Source of the DNA: Octopus sinensis
Lineage: Eukaryota
Length of the DNA: 64,000 nucleotides
Direction of reading: 5' to 3'
Assembly (NCBI RefSeq): GCF_006345805.1
Contig: NC_043013.1
Span: forward strand, 13,888,001 to 13,952,000
Shown: in pieces, positions 38,089 to 49,319 of the stretch
Layout of the letters: the number at the start of each line of letters is the position of its first letter
Numbering within the stretch: position 1 is the stretch's first letter
The notes under the pieces: model-generated
The model's input: only the letters and a program-made list of their open reading frames with translations
The model's database searches: none
Told to the model about the DNA's origin: nothing
Translations under genes and position numbers: made by a program

Positions 38089-38396
38089 TCATATATATAT
38101 ATATACATATATATATACGTATATATGCAAATATAAACACATATATATACATATATATATATACACATACATATATAGCACAAACATATATATATATATA
38201 TGTGTATATATATATATATATATTATAAAATGAGATAGGGGTTGAAAATTCAACCCACCATGGGATAATATATATCCAATATACTGCTAGATAGGTACCC
38301 AACAAAATTAATACATAGATGTTAAAAATTGTCAAACAATCAGTTCATCTATTGCATTATATGGGTAAAGGTAATAATATTACCGTAAATTAATAC

Positions 38397-39049
38397 TACA
38401 AAATTAGAGAATGGAGAAATATACTTAAATCAGTAAAACATCAACTATCCGATGATACTCAATCCATACTTTAATACACCATTACATATGAGTAAAGGCA
38501 ATACATAAAATGAAATGAGTTATACAGTAATAGTAAAAAGATAAAGAGATATAAGTAAAAAATTTTCAAATATAATATGCAAATAAATCAAAACTGACAG
38601 CTGTTTCGGCAGTGAGGGCAGTCATACCTCATTTAACCTATAAGCCATAAAGGCAGGTATAAATGAGGCATTACAAGGATGCCCACACGCCTCTTCAGAG
38701 AATTAAATTAAATTTGTTATAATAGTGAAAAATATTATACAATCATATACATATAAATATAAAATATAAAAATGTAAAATATAAAAACTTATACATCATA
38801 AAGCTACACTTATATAATATAATACACATTTGTACAAAAAAGGAAGGTAAACAGAACAAAATAAAACAAAATATATAATAGTGTATATATTAATATCAAT
38901 AAGTACCGATATTATACATATTTGGCTAATAGTTTTTTTTATATATATAAAAAAAAAAGGCTAACATATATGGAGATGAAAAATAATAATTAAATCCGTG
39001 GTACAGTTCATAAGATTCTAAAGCTATAAAAGTTAATAAAAATTACTAT

Positions 39050-39080
<31 letters not shown>

Positions 39081-42000
39081 TATAAAAAATAGATACAGTT
39101 AAGTTAGCACCAAGTCCATCCTTACAAGATCGAAATAACTATGAGTTAAGAAATGCTGACCAGTAGGTAAAGAAAATATAGATTAATTCGATTGGCTATT
39201 GGTTTGAAATTTAAATCACAAAAGAAAATTATACGGTTGGTTAGTCAGGGAACGCCAATATTCACACACGCATCTACAGATCAATCGCACATACACACAT
39301 AGTAATATGTATATGCATACACTTATACACATACATAATTACAAGCAACAACTAGCACATAGATAAACAAAAAGGGAAGCAACTATGCTACAATTTAGTC
39401 CTTCAAAATTATAATTGTGCCTCAATAATAAAAGAAGAACCATCCATGCATTCCATAAAATATTTAATTTAGATATAAATATATTTTTAAATATCAGTAT
39501 GTTACTAAGTCAGATACTTATTTCATGGGTAACTTAAAATTTATAACACCGGTTTGTTGCAGAGTAAACATACGGTTGTTAGATTTATCGTAAGTTTGTT
39601 ATGGTTTTAAGTACGCTAAATTATAAAATATAAAATATAAAATATATATTAATTTAAATATTATAAATAAGTCACTTATTAACTTAATAAATATAGTGCC
39701 ATAATATACCAGTTTAGGCATTAAAGAATAGAAGGGGAAGTATTAATGTAAACGCTTATGAGAACATCACAGAAATTTTAAATAAATTTTATATTATAAA
39801 GACTTAAGATGAAAAGAGATAAAATAAATAAGAAGGAATAAATACGAAGGAATAAATACGGTTATACACATAATTATAAGTACAAACCAGTATATATGTA
39901 TTCATATATTATTAAAAATTAAATAAAAATAAATGATAGATATGTATGTATAAAACTACCCCAGTATAAGTAAATAAGTAAAAAATATAGGTAGCAAATT
40001 AGATGACTTGATATGTATGTAAACATCTACACTTAAATAGGCAAATAAATAAATAAATAGAAGACTAGATGCAAAAATTGATAATATTACAATAAAATGG
40101 AAAATAAATAAAAAATAATAAATAGAGTGAATATATATGTTATATTGTTGAAAGTAAATATGTATGGAAGGATAGTTTAAAGTACAGATCCAGAAGACTA
40201 TAGATATAAACTAAATATATGAGGCTGGTAATAATTATAAAGCATAATGCATGTAAATGAGAAAATGAAAAAGGTTTATCAGTGAATAGCATAAGATACA
40301 AATTAAGGTGAGTACAAAAAGACCAAATATACAATAAAAACCTTCCAAATAAACACATACAAAAAACCTATAATCTCAACCTAAACCCACCAAACTCACA
40401 AAAGGCTCTCATATATTACATATTATACAATATCATTACATTATCCAGAGCTAGGTATCTACCCAAGATATATATATATACTATGCAATATACTATGCAA
40501 TATTGGAAAACTTCAAAAATCACACATTACAAGGCAAGTACCAAAATGAATATGTTATTTTATGTCATATTGCAATTCTCTTAAAAAACAAACAAAAACC
40601 CACATACAAAAAACAAGAAACCAATAATACTAGACACATCCATTAATTATTATACAAATGTAGCTATAAAAATTATAAAATTATAAAATATATAAATTGT
40701 ATACTTTAGAAATTATAGAAGACCACAGGAATATTTAGTTAAAGAAGGGAGTTAAAAAATTAATAATAGTGGAAGTGCTAAGTTCTATTTGAATCTAGAA
40801 AAGGTGAACGGTAGCCTATGAATACAAAAGAAGTTTTTTTCATTAATGTTGTTAATAATTTGCCGACCTGCTTTAATAATGAAGAAAATTTCATTAATAC
40901 ATAGAGAGCATTTTTTATTTTTCCATTATACACAGGTGCTGAAGTTAGTATTTTCCAGTTTAATCTAAAATCTAAGTTCTTATTTTTAAGCTCCCAATGT
41001 ATGCACTTAGCCCTGTAGAGTACATTCTATTTTTATTCCTAAAAGTATATCTGTGATAATTCCATCTTTGTTTTATGCTATTCATAGTTGCCCCGATATA
41101 CACCCTACTACTCAATTGTGTATCTACAGTGCATTGGTAAACTACCTCCTTCCTGAGGCATTGATTACCAAATACACATTTATTTTTATTTCTGAAATTA
41201 CAAAGATTAACAGAATGAGGAAATCTAAAATTGGACAACACCCCTATACTACTATTCACATTATAAGTGTTACAATTGTTATCATCATCCAAACCCAAAA
41301 TCAACGAATGAGTTAATTTCACATTATCGGCTATATTCCTATCACTAGTACTAGTATTGGTAGTAGTAGTATGATCTATTTAAGTGTAGATGTTTACATA
41401 CATATCAAGTCATCTAATTTGCTACCTATTTATTTTTTACTTATTTACTTATACTGGGGTAGTTTTATACATACATATCTATCATTTATTTTTATTTAAT
41501 TTTTAATAATATATGAATACATATATACTGGTTTGTACTTATAATTATGTGTATAACCGTATTTATTCCTTCGTATTTATTCCTTCTTATTTATTTTATC
41601 TCTTTTCATCTTAAGTCTTTATAATATAAAATTTATTTAAAATTTCTGTGATGTTCTCATAAGCGTTTACATTAATACTTCCCCTTCTATTCTTTAATGC
41701 CTAAACAGGTATATTATGGCACTATATTTATTAAGTTAATAAGTGACTTATTTATAATATTTAAATTAATATATATTTTATATTTTATATTTTATAATTT
41801 AGCGTACTTAAAACCATAACAAACTTACGATAAATCTAACAACCGTATGTTTACTCTGCAACAAACCGGTGTTATAAATTTTAAGTTACCCATGAAATAA
41901 GTATCTGACTTAGTAACATACTGATATTTAAAAATATATTTATATCTAAATTAAATATTTTATGGAATGCATGGATGGTTCTTCTTTTTATTGAGGCACA

Positions 42001-42337
42001 ATTATAATTTTGAAGGACTAAATTGTAGCATAGTTGCTTCCCTTTTGTTTATCTATGTGCTAGTTGTTGCTTGTAATTATGTATGTGTATAAGTGTATGC
42101 ATATACATATTACTATGTGTGTATGTGCGATTGATCTGTAGATGCGTGTGTGAATATTGGCGTTCCCTGACTAACCAACCGTATAATTTTCTTTTGTGAT
42201 TTAAATTTCAAACCAATAGCCAATCGAATTAATCTATATTTTCTTTACCTACTGGTCAGCATTTCTTAACTCATAGTTATTTCGATCTTGTAAGGATGGA
42301 CTTGGTGCTAACTTAACTGTATCTATTTTTTATTATA

Positions 42338-42377
<40 letters not shown>

Positions 42378-43025
42378 AGTAATTTTTATTAACTTTTATA
42401 GCTTTAGAATCTTATGAACTGTACCACGGATTTAATTATTATTTTTCATCTCCATATATGTTAGCCTTTTTTTTTTTATATATATAAAAAAAACTATTAG
42501 CCAAATATGTATAATATCGGTACTTATTGATATTAATATACACTATTATATATTTTGTTTTATTTTGTTCTGTTTACCTTCCTTTTTTGTACAAATGTGT
42601 ATTATATTATATAAGTGTAGCTTTATGATGTATAAGTTTTATATTTTACATTTTTATATTTTATATTTATATGTATATGATTGTATAATATTTTTCACTA
42701 TTATACTATAACAAATTTAATTAATTCTCTGAAGAGGCCGTGGGGCATCCTTGTTAATGCCTCATTTATACCTGCCTTTATGGCTTATAGGTTAAATGAG
42801 GTATGACTGTCCTCACTGCCGAAACAGCTGTCAGTTTTGATTTATTTGCATATTATATTTGAAAATTTTTTACTTATATCTCTTTATCTTTTTACTATTA
42901 CTGTATAACTCATTTCATTTTATGTATTGCCTTTACTCATATGTAATGGTGTATTAAAGTATGGATTGAGTATCATCGGATAGTTGATGTTTTACTGATT
43001 TAAGTATATTCTCCATTCTCTAATT

Positions 43026-43029
<4 letters not shown>
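38397..43029 (-). mobile_element. 5'-truncated Penelope-like element 2 with a 1.65-kb inverted repeat
   Basis: Arms 38397-40040 and 41376-43029 are near-identical reverse complements. The spacer carries a minus-strand GIY-YIG fragment (CNFRNKNKCVFGNQC...VVYQC...VYIGAT...KQRWNYH, 41330-40870). Confidence 0.88.
42722..42838 (+). ncRNA. Type I hammerhead motif (family 3) with a long branched stem II; mirror copy at ~38587-38705 (-)
   Basis: CT-CTGAAGA-GGC...GCC-GAAA-CAGCTG-TC|AG; GUC site. Confidence 0.72.
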
Positions 43030-43064
<35 letters not shown>

Positions 43065-43152
43065 ATATATATGTGGTGTGTATATATATATATATATATA
43101 TGTGTGTTGTGTGTGTATATATATATGTGTGTGTATATATATATTATATATG

Positions 43153-43187
<35 letters not shown>

Positions 43188-43387
43188 ATATATATGTGTG
43201 TGTGTGTGTGTATATATATGTGTGTGGTATATATATATATATACATACACATATATATATGTTAGAATCTAACAAAACTGTCCGACGAACAGGAATGGGA
43301 ACCTCTGAGTACGTTTAGTGATATTTCTGCTCTTTTCAATGAAGTACACACATACACACTCACACAGACTATATATATATATATATA

Positions 43388-43432
<45 letters not shown>

Positions 43433-44742
43433 TTTATTTTAAGCAGCAGAAAATTCAACAAAATCTGTTACTCTGAGTTTCTCGTTGCCGTTCATCAGAC
43501 AGTTTTTGCTAGAATGGAACTTATATATTAATTCAATCTATACTCTTACAAACGCTACACCTTTAAAAAGAAATGGACTTGTTTGATTGGCCCTTTAGAA
43601 AAAACGGTCAATCTTCGAGCGATAAACAAAAAGGTCAAAAATATATGTATATATATATAAAACAACTTATAAAAATTATAAAATCCGAGGAAAAAACCGA
43701 GAAAAAACCTATTGCCGTTAATGAAGACAGTACAAATTAATGCATAGAAATTAAACCTGTTATAAATACTGCAATACATATTTATATTAAAATCTACATA
43801 TATATCAACATACACAAAAGGATGCGCGTAAACGCCATACATACATATACAGACGTATGAATATGAATCTAAATATACACATAAAAGCATGTGTACATAT
43901 ATTCACGCAAACCGTCTCGCACGCAAGCTAAAATTCATCTATGTAGCAATTCTCATATACTGAGCAAGGAGGGGGAACGAAAGAAAGGGAAAGAGAGAAA
44001 AAGGAACGAAGGAGGGGTGGGGAAAACTTGTAACGATGTTATTGGCATCTATAGAGACCAGTATACATACACAAGTTTGAATTGATACATATACATACCG
44101 TCGTGTATATGTGTGCTTAAGCACAAGCATACTTTCACTTACACATACACAGATACGCATGCTTACAAATACATATGCTTTGCTATACACATACTTATAT
44201 AAACATTCTAATTTTGACAACATTGCTTTTTTTTAAAAAAACATTGCTTTTAAAAAATGGGTGCATTAATAAAAATATATACGAAAGACATATAAAATAA
44301 AATATAACATCCTATTTTGGGTCATTTATAAATAATCAAGGTAATATAAATAATCAAGGTAATCCTATGCAATACAATAACATGAAAACAAAGTTTGTAG
44401 GTTTTTCCTAATATATATGTAGAAACATAAGACTTTGCTATAAATCCGTCGTAGCGCTCAAGAGTCAAAATCAAAATCAAAAATCAAAAATACAAAATAT
44501 ATACTCTATCCATATGGTATATTTATATTCGACATTTTAAATTTTAAATTTAGCCGCGTGCCTACATAAGTTCATTAACTCACTTCTTTGATTCAAAGAA
44601 TTATTGTCTTTGAATAAGATATGCATTTTTTCTAATAGGCAAAGTCTGCACTTGAAAAGGGCCAATCAAACAAGTCCATTTCTTTTTAAAGGTGTAGCGT
44701 TTGTAAGAGTATAGATTGAATTAATATATAAGTTCCATTCTA

Positions 44743-44793
44743 GCAAAAACTGTCTGATGAACGGCAACGAGAAACTCAGAGTAACAGATTTTG
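44743..44793 (+). ncRNA. Type I hammerhead motif (family 4); copies at 48096-48146 (+) and 43459-43509 (-)
   Basis: CTGT-CTGATGA-A-CG-GCAA-CG-A-GAAA-CTCAGAG-TA|ACAG; stem I CTGT/ACAG. Confidence 0.7.
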
Positions 44794-44958
44794 TTGAATT
44801 TTCTGCTGCTTAAAATAAAGCATATTACTCTACCACTGGTATTTGAGTACTCTTTTTTCCACCTTGTTTCACATTTATGTGTTTACTCCGGTCTAACCCG
44901 CTCCTTGTAAAAGTTTGAGCGACTCTGCACAAGTAGGAAGAACAAACAGCTGAAAAAG

Positions 44959-47094
44959 ATGGAACTTTACCCGCTGGATTTTTCTCAGAAAAATATACCT
45001 ATCCCTGCATGGAAACAATATATCAAAGGTCTTATAGAGAAAACGGAAGAGTTTATTAGAAGACTGAGATGGAAAGCCTTCTTCTTTGATAATAAACAGA
45101 AAATAGAAGGAAACAAATATGGATTTAAATCTCCCAGAAACCCGCCACCGATTCCGGAATTAGAAGCCTTCGAGAAAGACCTTTTCGAGCTTATTAGGAA
45201 AATTAAATTCCGCAAATATACCAACCAATTGCAAAAAAACATGAGAGAAAAAATTAAGGAGATTAACGACTCGAATAAGATCTTCGTTAATTCTGAAAAG
45301 ACAAGGAACTTATATGCACTTGATAAGGACGTTTATAAACGCCTGATTTCGAATAGTGTCACGGACACATACAAAAAAGACAACACGAATATATACAAAG
45401 AGGTGAACTTAGAAGCAAGAGGAATAGCTAACGATCTTAAGATTAGCGATAGGATTGAATACCTTTCACCACGACCAGCTTTTATTACTCTGAAAGACCA
45501 TAAAGACAATTTTAGTAGAAACCCCAAATGTAGATTGATAAATCCGGCTAAAACTGAGATAGGAATTATTAGCAAAAATATTTTGGACCGTATTTTAGTT
45601 AAGTTAGATAGTGAAGTAGACTTGAGAATTTGGAAGAATAGTAAGTCAGTTATAGAGTGGTTTAAAGGTATTAGCTATAAGAATAATTGTAGTTTCACAC
45701 AATTCGACATTATTGACTTTTACCCGTCGATATCTAGGACGTTGCTCCTAAGGGCATTGGACTTCGCCAAGCAGTATGTCAACATCGATAGCTCGGAAAT
45801 TGAAATTATTATGCATGCGAGGAAATCGCTTCTTTTTTTCGAGGATTCCACCTGGATTAAGAAGACTGAGGATTCTCTTTTCGATGTACCGATGGGGGCA
45901 TACGACGGGGCTGAATTATGTATGCTCATAGGAGCCTTTATTCTCCATAATCTAAAAATAGAATTCCCATTTATAGATGCAGGTTTATATAGGGATGACG
46001 GCCTTATAGCCACGCATAATCTAAACGGCCATGAATCAGATAGACTTAGGAAGGACCTTATAGCTTTCTTTCAAAGGATGGGCTTACGGATTACGATAGA
46101 TGCTAACCTGAATAGTGTAGATTTTTTAGACGTAAATTTTAATGTAAGATCGGATAGATTTAAACCTTTCCGTAAGCCCAATGAAAAGCTATCGTATATT
46201 AGCAAAGATTCGAACCATCCACCAGTTATCCTTAGCAACTTAGTCAGCAATGTAGGTAGAAGAATATCTTCAATTTCTTCGGACGAGGCAGCATTCCATA
46301 ATGCTGCACCTTATTACGATAGCGCATTAAAGAATAGTGGATTCTCGGAGAAGATCCAGTTCAACCAGCTTAATGCTAATAATAATGCTGCACGAAGAAC
46401 TAGGACCAGGAAAGTTTTGTGGTTCAACCCGGCTTTCAATTTGGCCGTAAAGACTAATATAGGTAAGGAATTTTTGAGATTAGTCTCTAAGCATTTTAAG
46501 CAGGGTCATAAATTCTACAGAATATTTAATAGAAGAACCCTGAAGGTTAGCTATTCTTGTTGCAGAAATTTCGCCTCTTACATTAGCCAACATAATAGGA
46601 AGCTAATTGAGATTAGACATGGTGCCGAGCCCATTAAGAAATGTAATTTCAAAAACGAAAGCTCCTGTCCGTTAGAAGGGAAATGTCTAGTGAAAGGAGT
46701 AGTTTATAGAGCCAAGGTGCAAGTGGAAGGCTCATCGGAATACAAGACATACACAGGGGCTTCAGAAAATTCATTTAAAACAAGATTTTATTCTCATAAG
46801 AATTCTTTTAAATACCCAGAGAATAGGAAGAAAACCAGCCTAGCAAAATATGTCTGGGAACTAAAAGAAAAGGAAGCCCCACCTTTCAACGTGACATGGA
46901 GCATTCTGGACAGGGCGGCACCATACAGGCATGGAGCTTACAAATATAATTTCAAGTGCAGACTTTGCCTATTAGAAAAAATGCATATCTTATTCAAAGA
47001 CAATAATTCTTTGAATCAAAGAAGTGAGTTAATGAACTTATGTAGGCACGCGGCTAAATTTAAAATGTCGAATATAAATATACCATATGGATAG
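44959..47094 (+). CDS. PLE3 polyprotein: RT + C-terminal GIY-YIG, 711 aa, uninterrupted (Naiad-like by motif resemblance)
   Basis: DFSQKNIP, FIRRLRWKAFFF, TLKDHK, CRLINP, FDIIDFYPSI, PMGAYDGAE, LYRDDG, FLDVNF, SNHPP, WFNP, VYRA...YTGAS...FKTRFYSH. Confidence 0.93.
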   Translation: MELYPLDFSQKNIPIPAWKQYIKGLIEKTEEFIRRLRWKAFFFDNKQKIEGNKYGFKSPRNPPPIPELEAFEKDLFELIRKIKFRKYTNQLQKNMREKIKEINDSNKIFVNSEKTRNLYALDKDVYKRLISNSVTDTYKKDNTNIYKEVNLEARGIANDLKISDRIEYLSPRPAFITLKDHKDNFSRNPKCRLINPAKTEIGIISKNILDRILVKLDSEVDLRIWKNSKSVIEWFKGISYKNNCSFTQFDIIDFYPSISRTLLLRALDFAKQYVNIDSSEIEIIMHARKSLLFFEDSTWIKKTEDSLFDVPMGAYDGAELCMLIGAFILHNLKIEFPFIDAGLYRDDGLIATHNLNGHESDRLRKDLIAFFQRMGLRITIDANLNSVDFLDVNFNVRSDRFKPFRKPNEKLSYISKDSNHPPVILSNLVSNVGRRISSISSDEAAFHNAAPYYDSALKNSGFSEKIQFNQLNANNNAARRTRTRKVLWFNPAFNLAVKTNIGKEFLRLVSKHFKQGHKFYRIFNRRTLKVSYSCCRNFASYISQHNRKLIEIRHGAEPIKKCNFKNESSCPLEGKCLVKGVVYRAKVQVEGSSEYKTYTGASENSFKTRFYSHKNSFKYPENRKKTSLAKYVWELKEKEAPPFNVTWSILDRAAPYRHGAYKYNFKCRLCLLEKMHILFKDNNSLNQRSELMNLCRHAAKFKMSNINIPYG

Positions 47095-48241
47095 AGTATA
47101 TATTTTGTATTTTTGATTTTTGATTTTGATTTTGACTCTTGAGCGCTACGACGGATTTATAGCAAAGTCTTATGTTTCTACATATATATTAGGAAAAACC
47201 TACAAACTTTGTTTTCATGTTATTGTATTGCATAGGATTACCTTGATTATTTATATTACCTTGATTATTTATAAATGACCCAAAATAGGATGTTATATTT
47301 TATTTTATATGTCTTTCGTATATATTTTTATTAATGCACCCATTTTTTAAAAGCAATGTTTTTTTAAAAAAAAGCAATGTTGTCAAAATTAGAATGTTTA
47401 TATAAGTATGTGTATAGCAAAGCATATGTATTTGTAAGCATGCGTATCTGTGTATGTGTAAGTGAAAGTATGCTTGTGCTTAAGCACACATATACACGAC
47501 GGTATGTATATGTATCAATTCAAACTTGTGTATGTATACTGGTCTCTATAGATGCCAATAACATCGTTACAAGTTTTTTCCCCACCCCTCCTTCGTTCCT
47601 TTTTCTCTCTTTCCCTTTCTTTCGTTCCCCCTCCTTGCTCAGTATATGAGAATTGCTACATAGATGAATTTTAGCTTGCGTGCGAGACGGTTTGCGTGAA
47701 TATATGTACACATGCTTTTATGTGTATATTTAGATTCATATTCATACGTCTGTATATGTATGTATGGCGTTTACGCGCATCCTTTTGTGTATGTTGATAT
47801 ATATATGTAGATTTTAATATAAATATGTATTGCAGTATTTATAACAGGTTTAATTTCTATGCATTAATTTGTACTGTCTTCATTAGCGGCAATAGGTTTT
47901 TTTCCTCGGTTTTTTCCTCGGATTTTAGAATTTTTATAAGTTGTTTTATATATATATACATATATTTTTGACCTTTTTGTTTATCGCTCGAAGATTAACC
48001 GTTTTTCTAAAGGGCCAATCAAACAAGTCCATTTCTTTTTAAAGGTGTAGCGTTTGTAAGAGTATAGATTGAATTAATATATAAGTTCCATTCTAGCAAA
48101 AACTGTCTGATGAACGGCAACGAGAAACTCAGAGTAACAGATTTTGTTGAATTTTCTGCTGCTTAAAATAAAGCATATTACTCTACCACTGGTATTTGAG
48201 TACTCTTTTTTCCACCTTGTTTCACATTATGTGTTTACTCC

Positions 48242-48298
<57 letters not shown>

Positions 48299-48303
48299 TA
48301 TAT

Positions 48304-49220
48304 AGAAAAAAACCACCTTTTATCAATTCAAAATGAAAAATTAAATTGCACTCTCTATGAAATTACATATAAATATAAAATAAAGAATAATATGCCGATG
48401 AATAAGTAATGTGCAAAATAATAAATAAAACGTATATATTTGGTAGAATAATGACACGTGTTTCATGGCTATATTTAAGAAATGATTATAGTAAAAATAT
48501 TGGTAGTAGTAGTAAAATCACTTCAATATAAATATAGCTGCTCATCAGGTTAAAAATAACTACAATAATAAAATACTTAATTAATAAATATACGTAAATA
48601 ACCTTTTAAAATATAAATATATTCTTTAATATATATATATATATAAGATACAAAATATACATTAAGTAAAAATTAAATACAACACTTTAAACTATATACA
48701 TTAAATCAGATTATTAATTAATATATTTATTTAATAAACATCCAAATACAGTCTAATTAAGCAATTAATACTAAAAGCCTTAAAATCAATATACACAATG
48801 CTAGTACAAGCCATAAATACTGGAATTAAAATAAGAAGTGGTTCAAATATAGACACACCCATTATATAAACGAACTATATAATTAATATATATGTAGTAT
48901 CTATAGATTTAATATATTACTTAATATATTACTCAAGAATATAGTTGACCAAAATATCAATTAATATAAAAACTAATTTACTTAAATTTAATACTTGATA
49001 AATATACCAACTAATTATTAAATAATCTATTGTCTAACAAAATTAATTCTCAAATTAAATTATATGTAATACATTAAGTCCCTTTATAAAAATAATAATA
49101 AATCACTCTAGATATAATTAATACCTATCATAACTTATAACTATTTCTATTATATGTAATTTTCTAGATGGTGTAATTTAATTTTTCATTTTGAATTGAT
49201 AAAAGGTGTTTTTTCCTAAT
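48304..49220 (-). mobile_element. AT-rich PLE-like pLTR remnant with 44-bp terminal inverted repeats and a degenerate hammerhead
   Basis: 48304-48347 is the reverse complement of 49176-49218. Minus strand 48551-48450 reads CTGATGA-GCAGCTATATTT..AAATATAGCCAT-GAAA-CACGTG-TC. Confidence 0.55.
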
Positions 49221-49319
49221 TTATATATATATTATATTTCGTGAAATTTGATTTAGTATTTCTAAATTGGATTTTTTCCTGTATTATTATATATATGTAT
49301 ATATATATTATTATTATTA

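Larger units (their letters stand above)
43432..48244 (+). mobile_element. Near-intact Penelope-like element 3 with direct and inverted pLTRs
   Basis: Direct repeat 44655-44891 = 48008-48244; inverted copy 43432-44657 = reverse complement of 46950-48173; (AT)n on both flanks. Confidence 0.95.
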
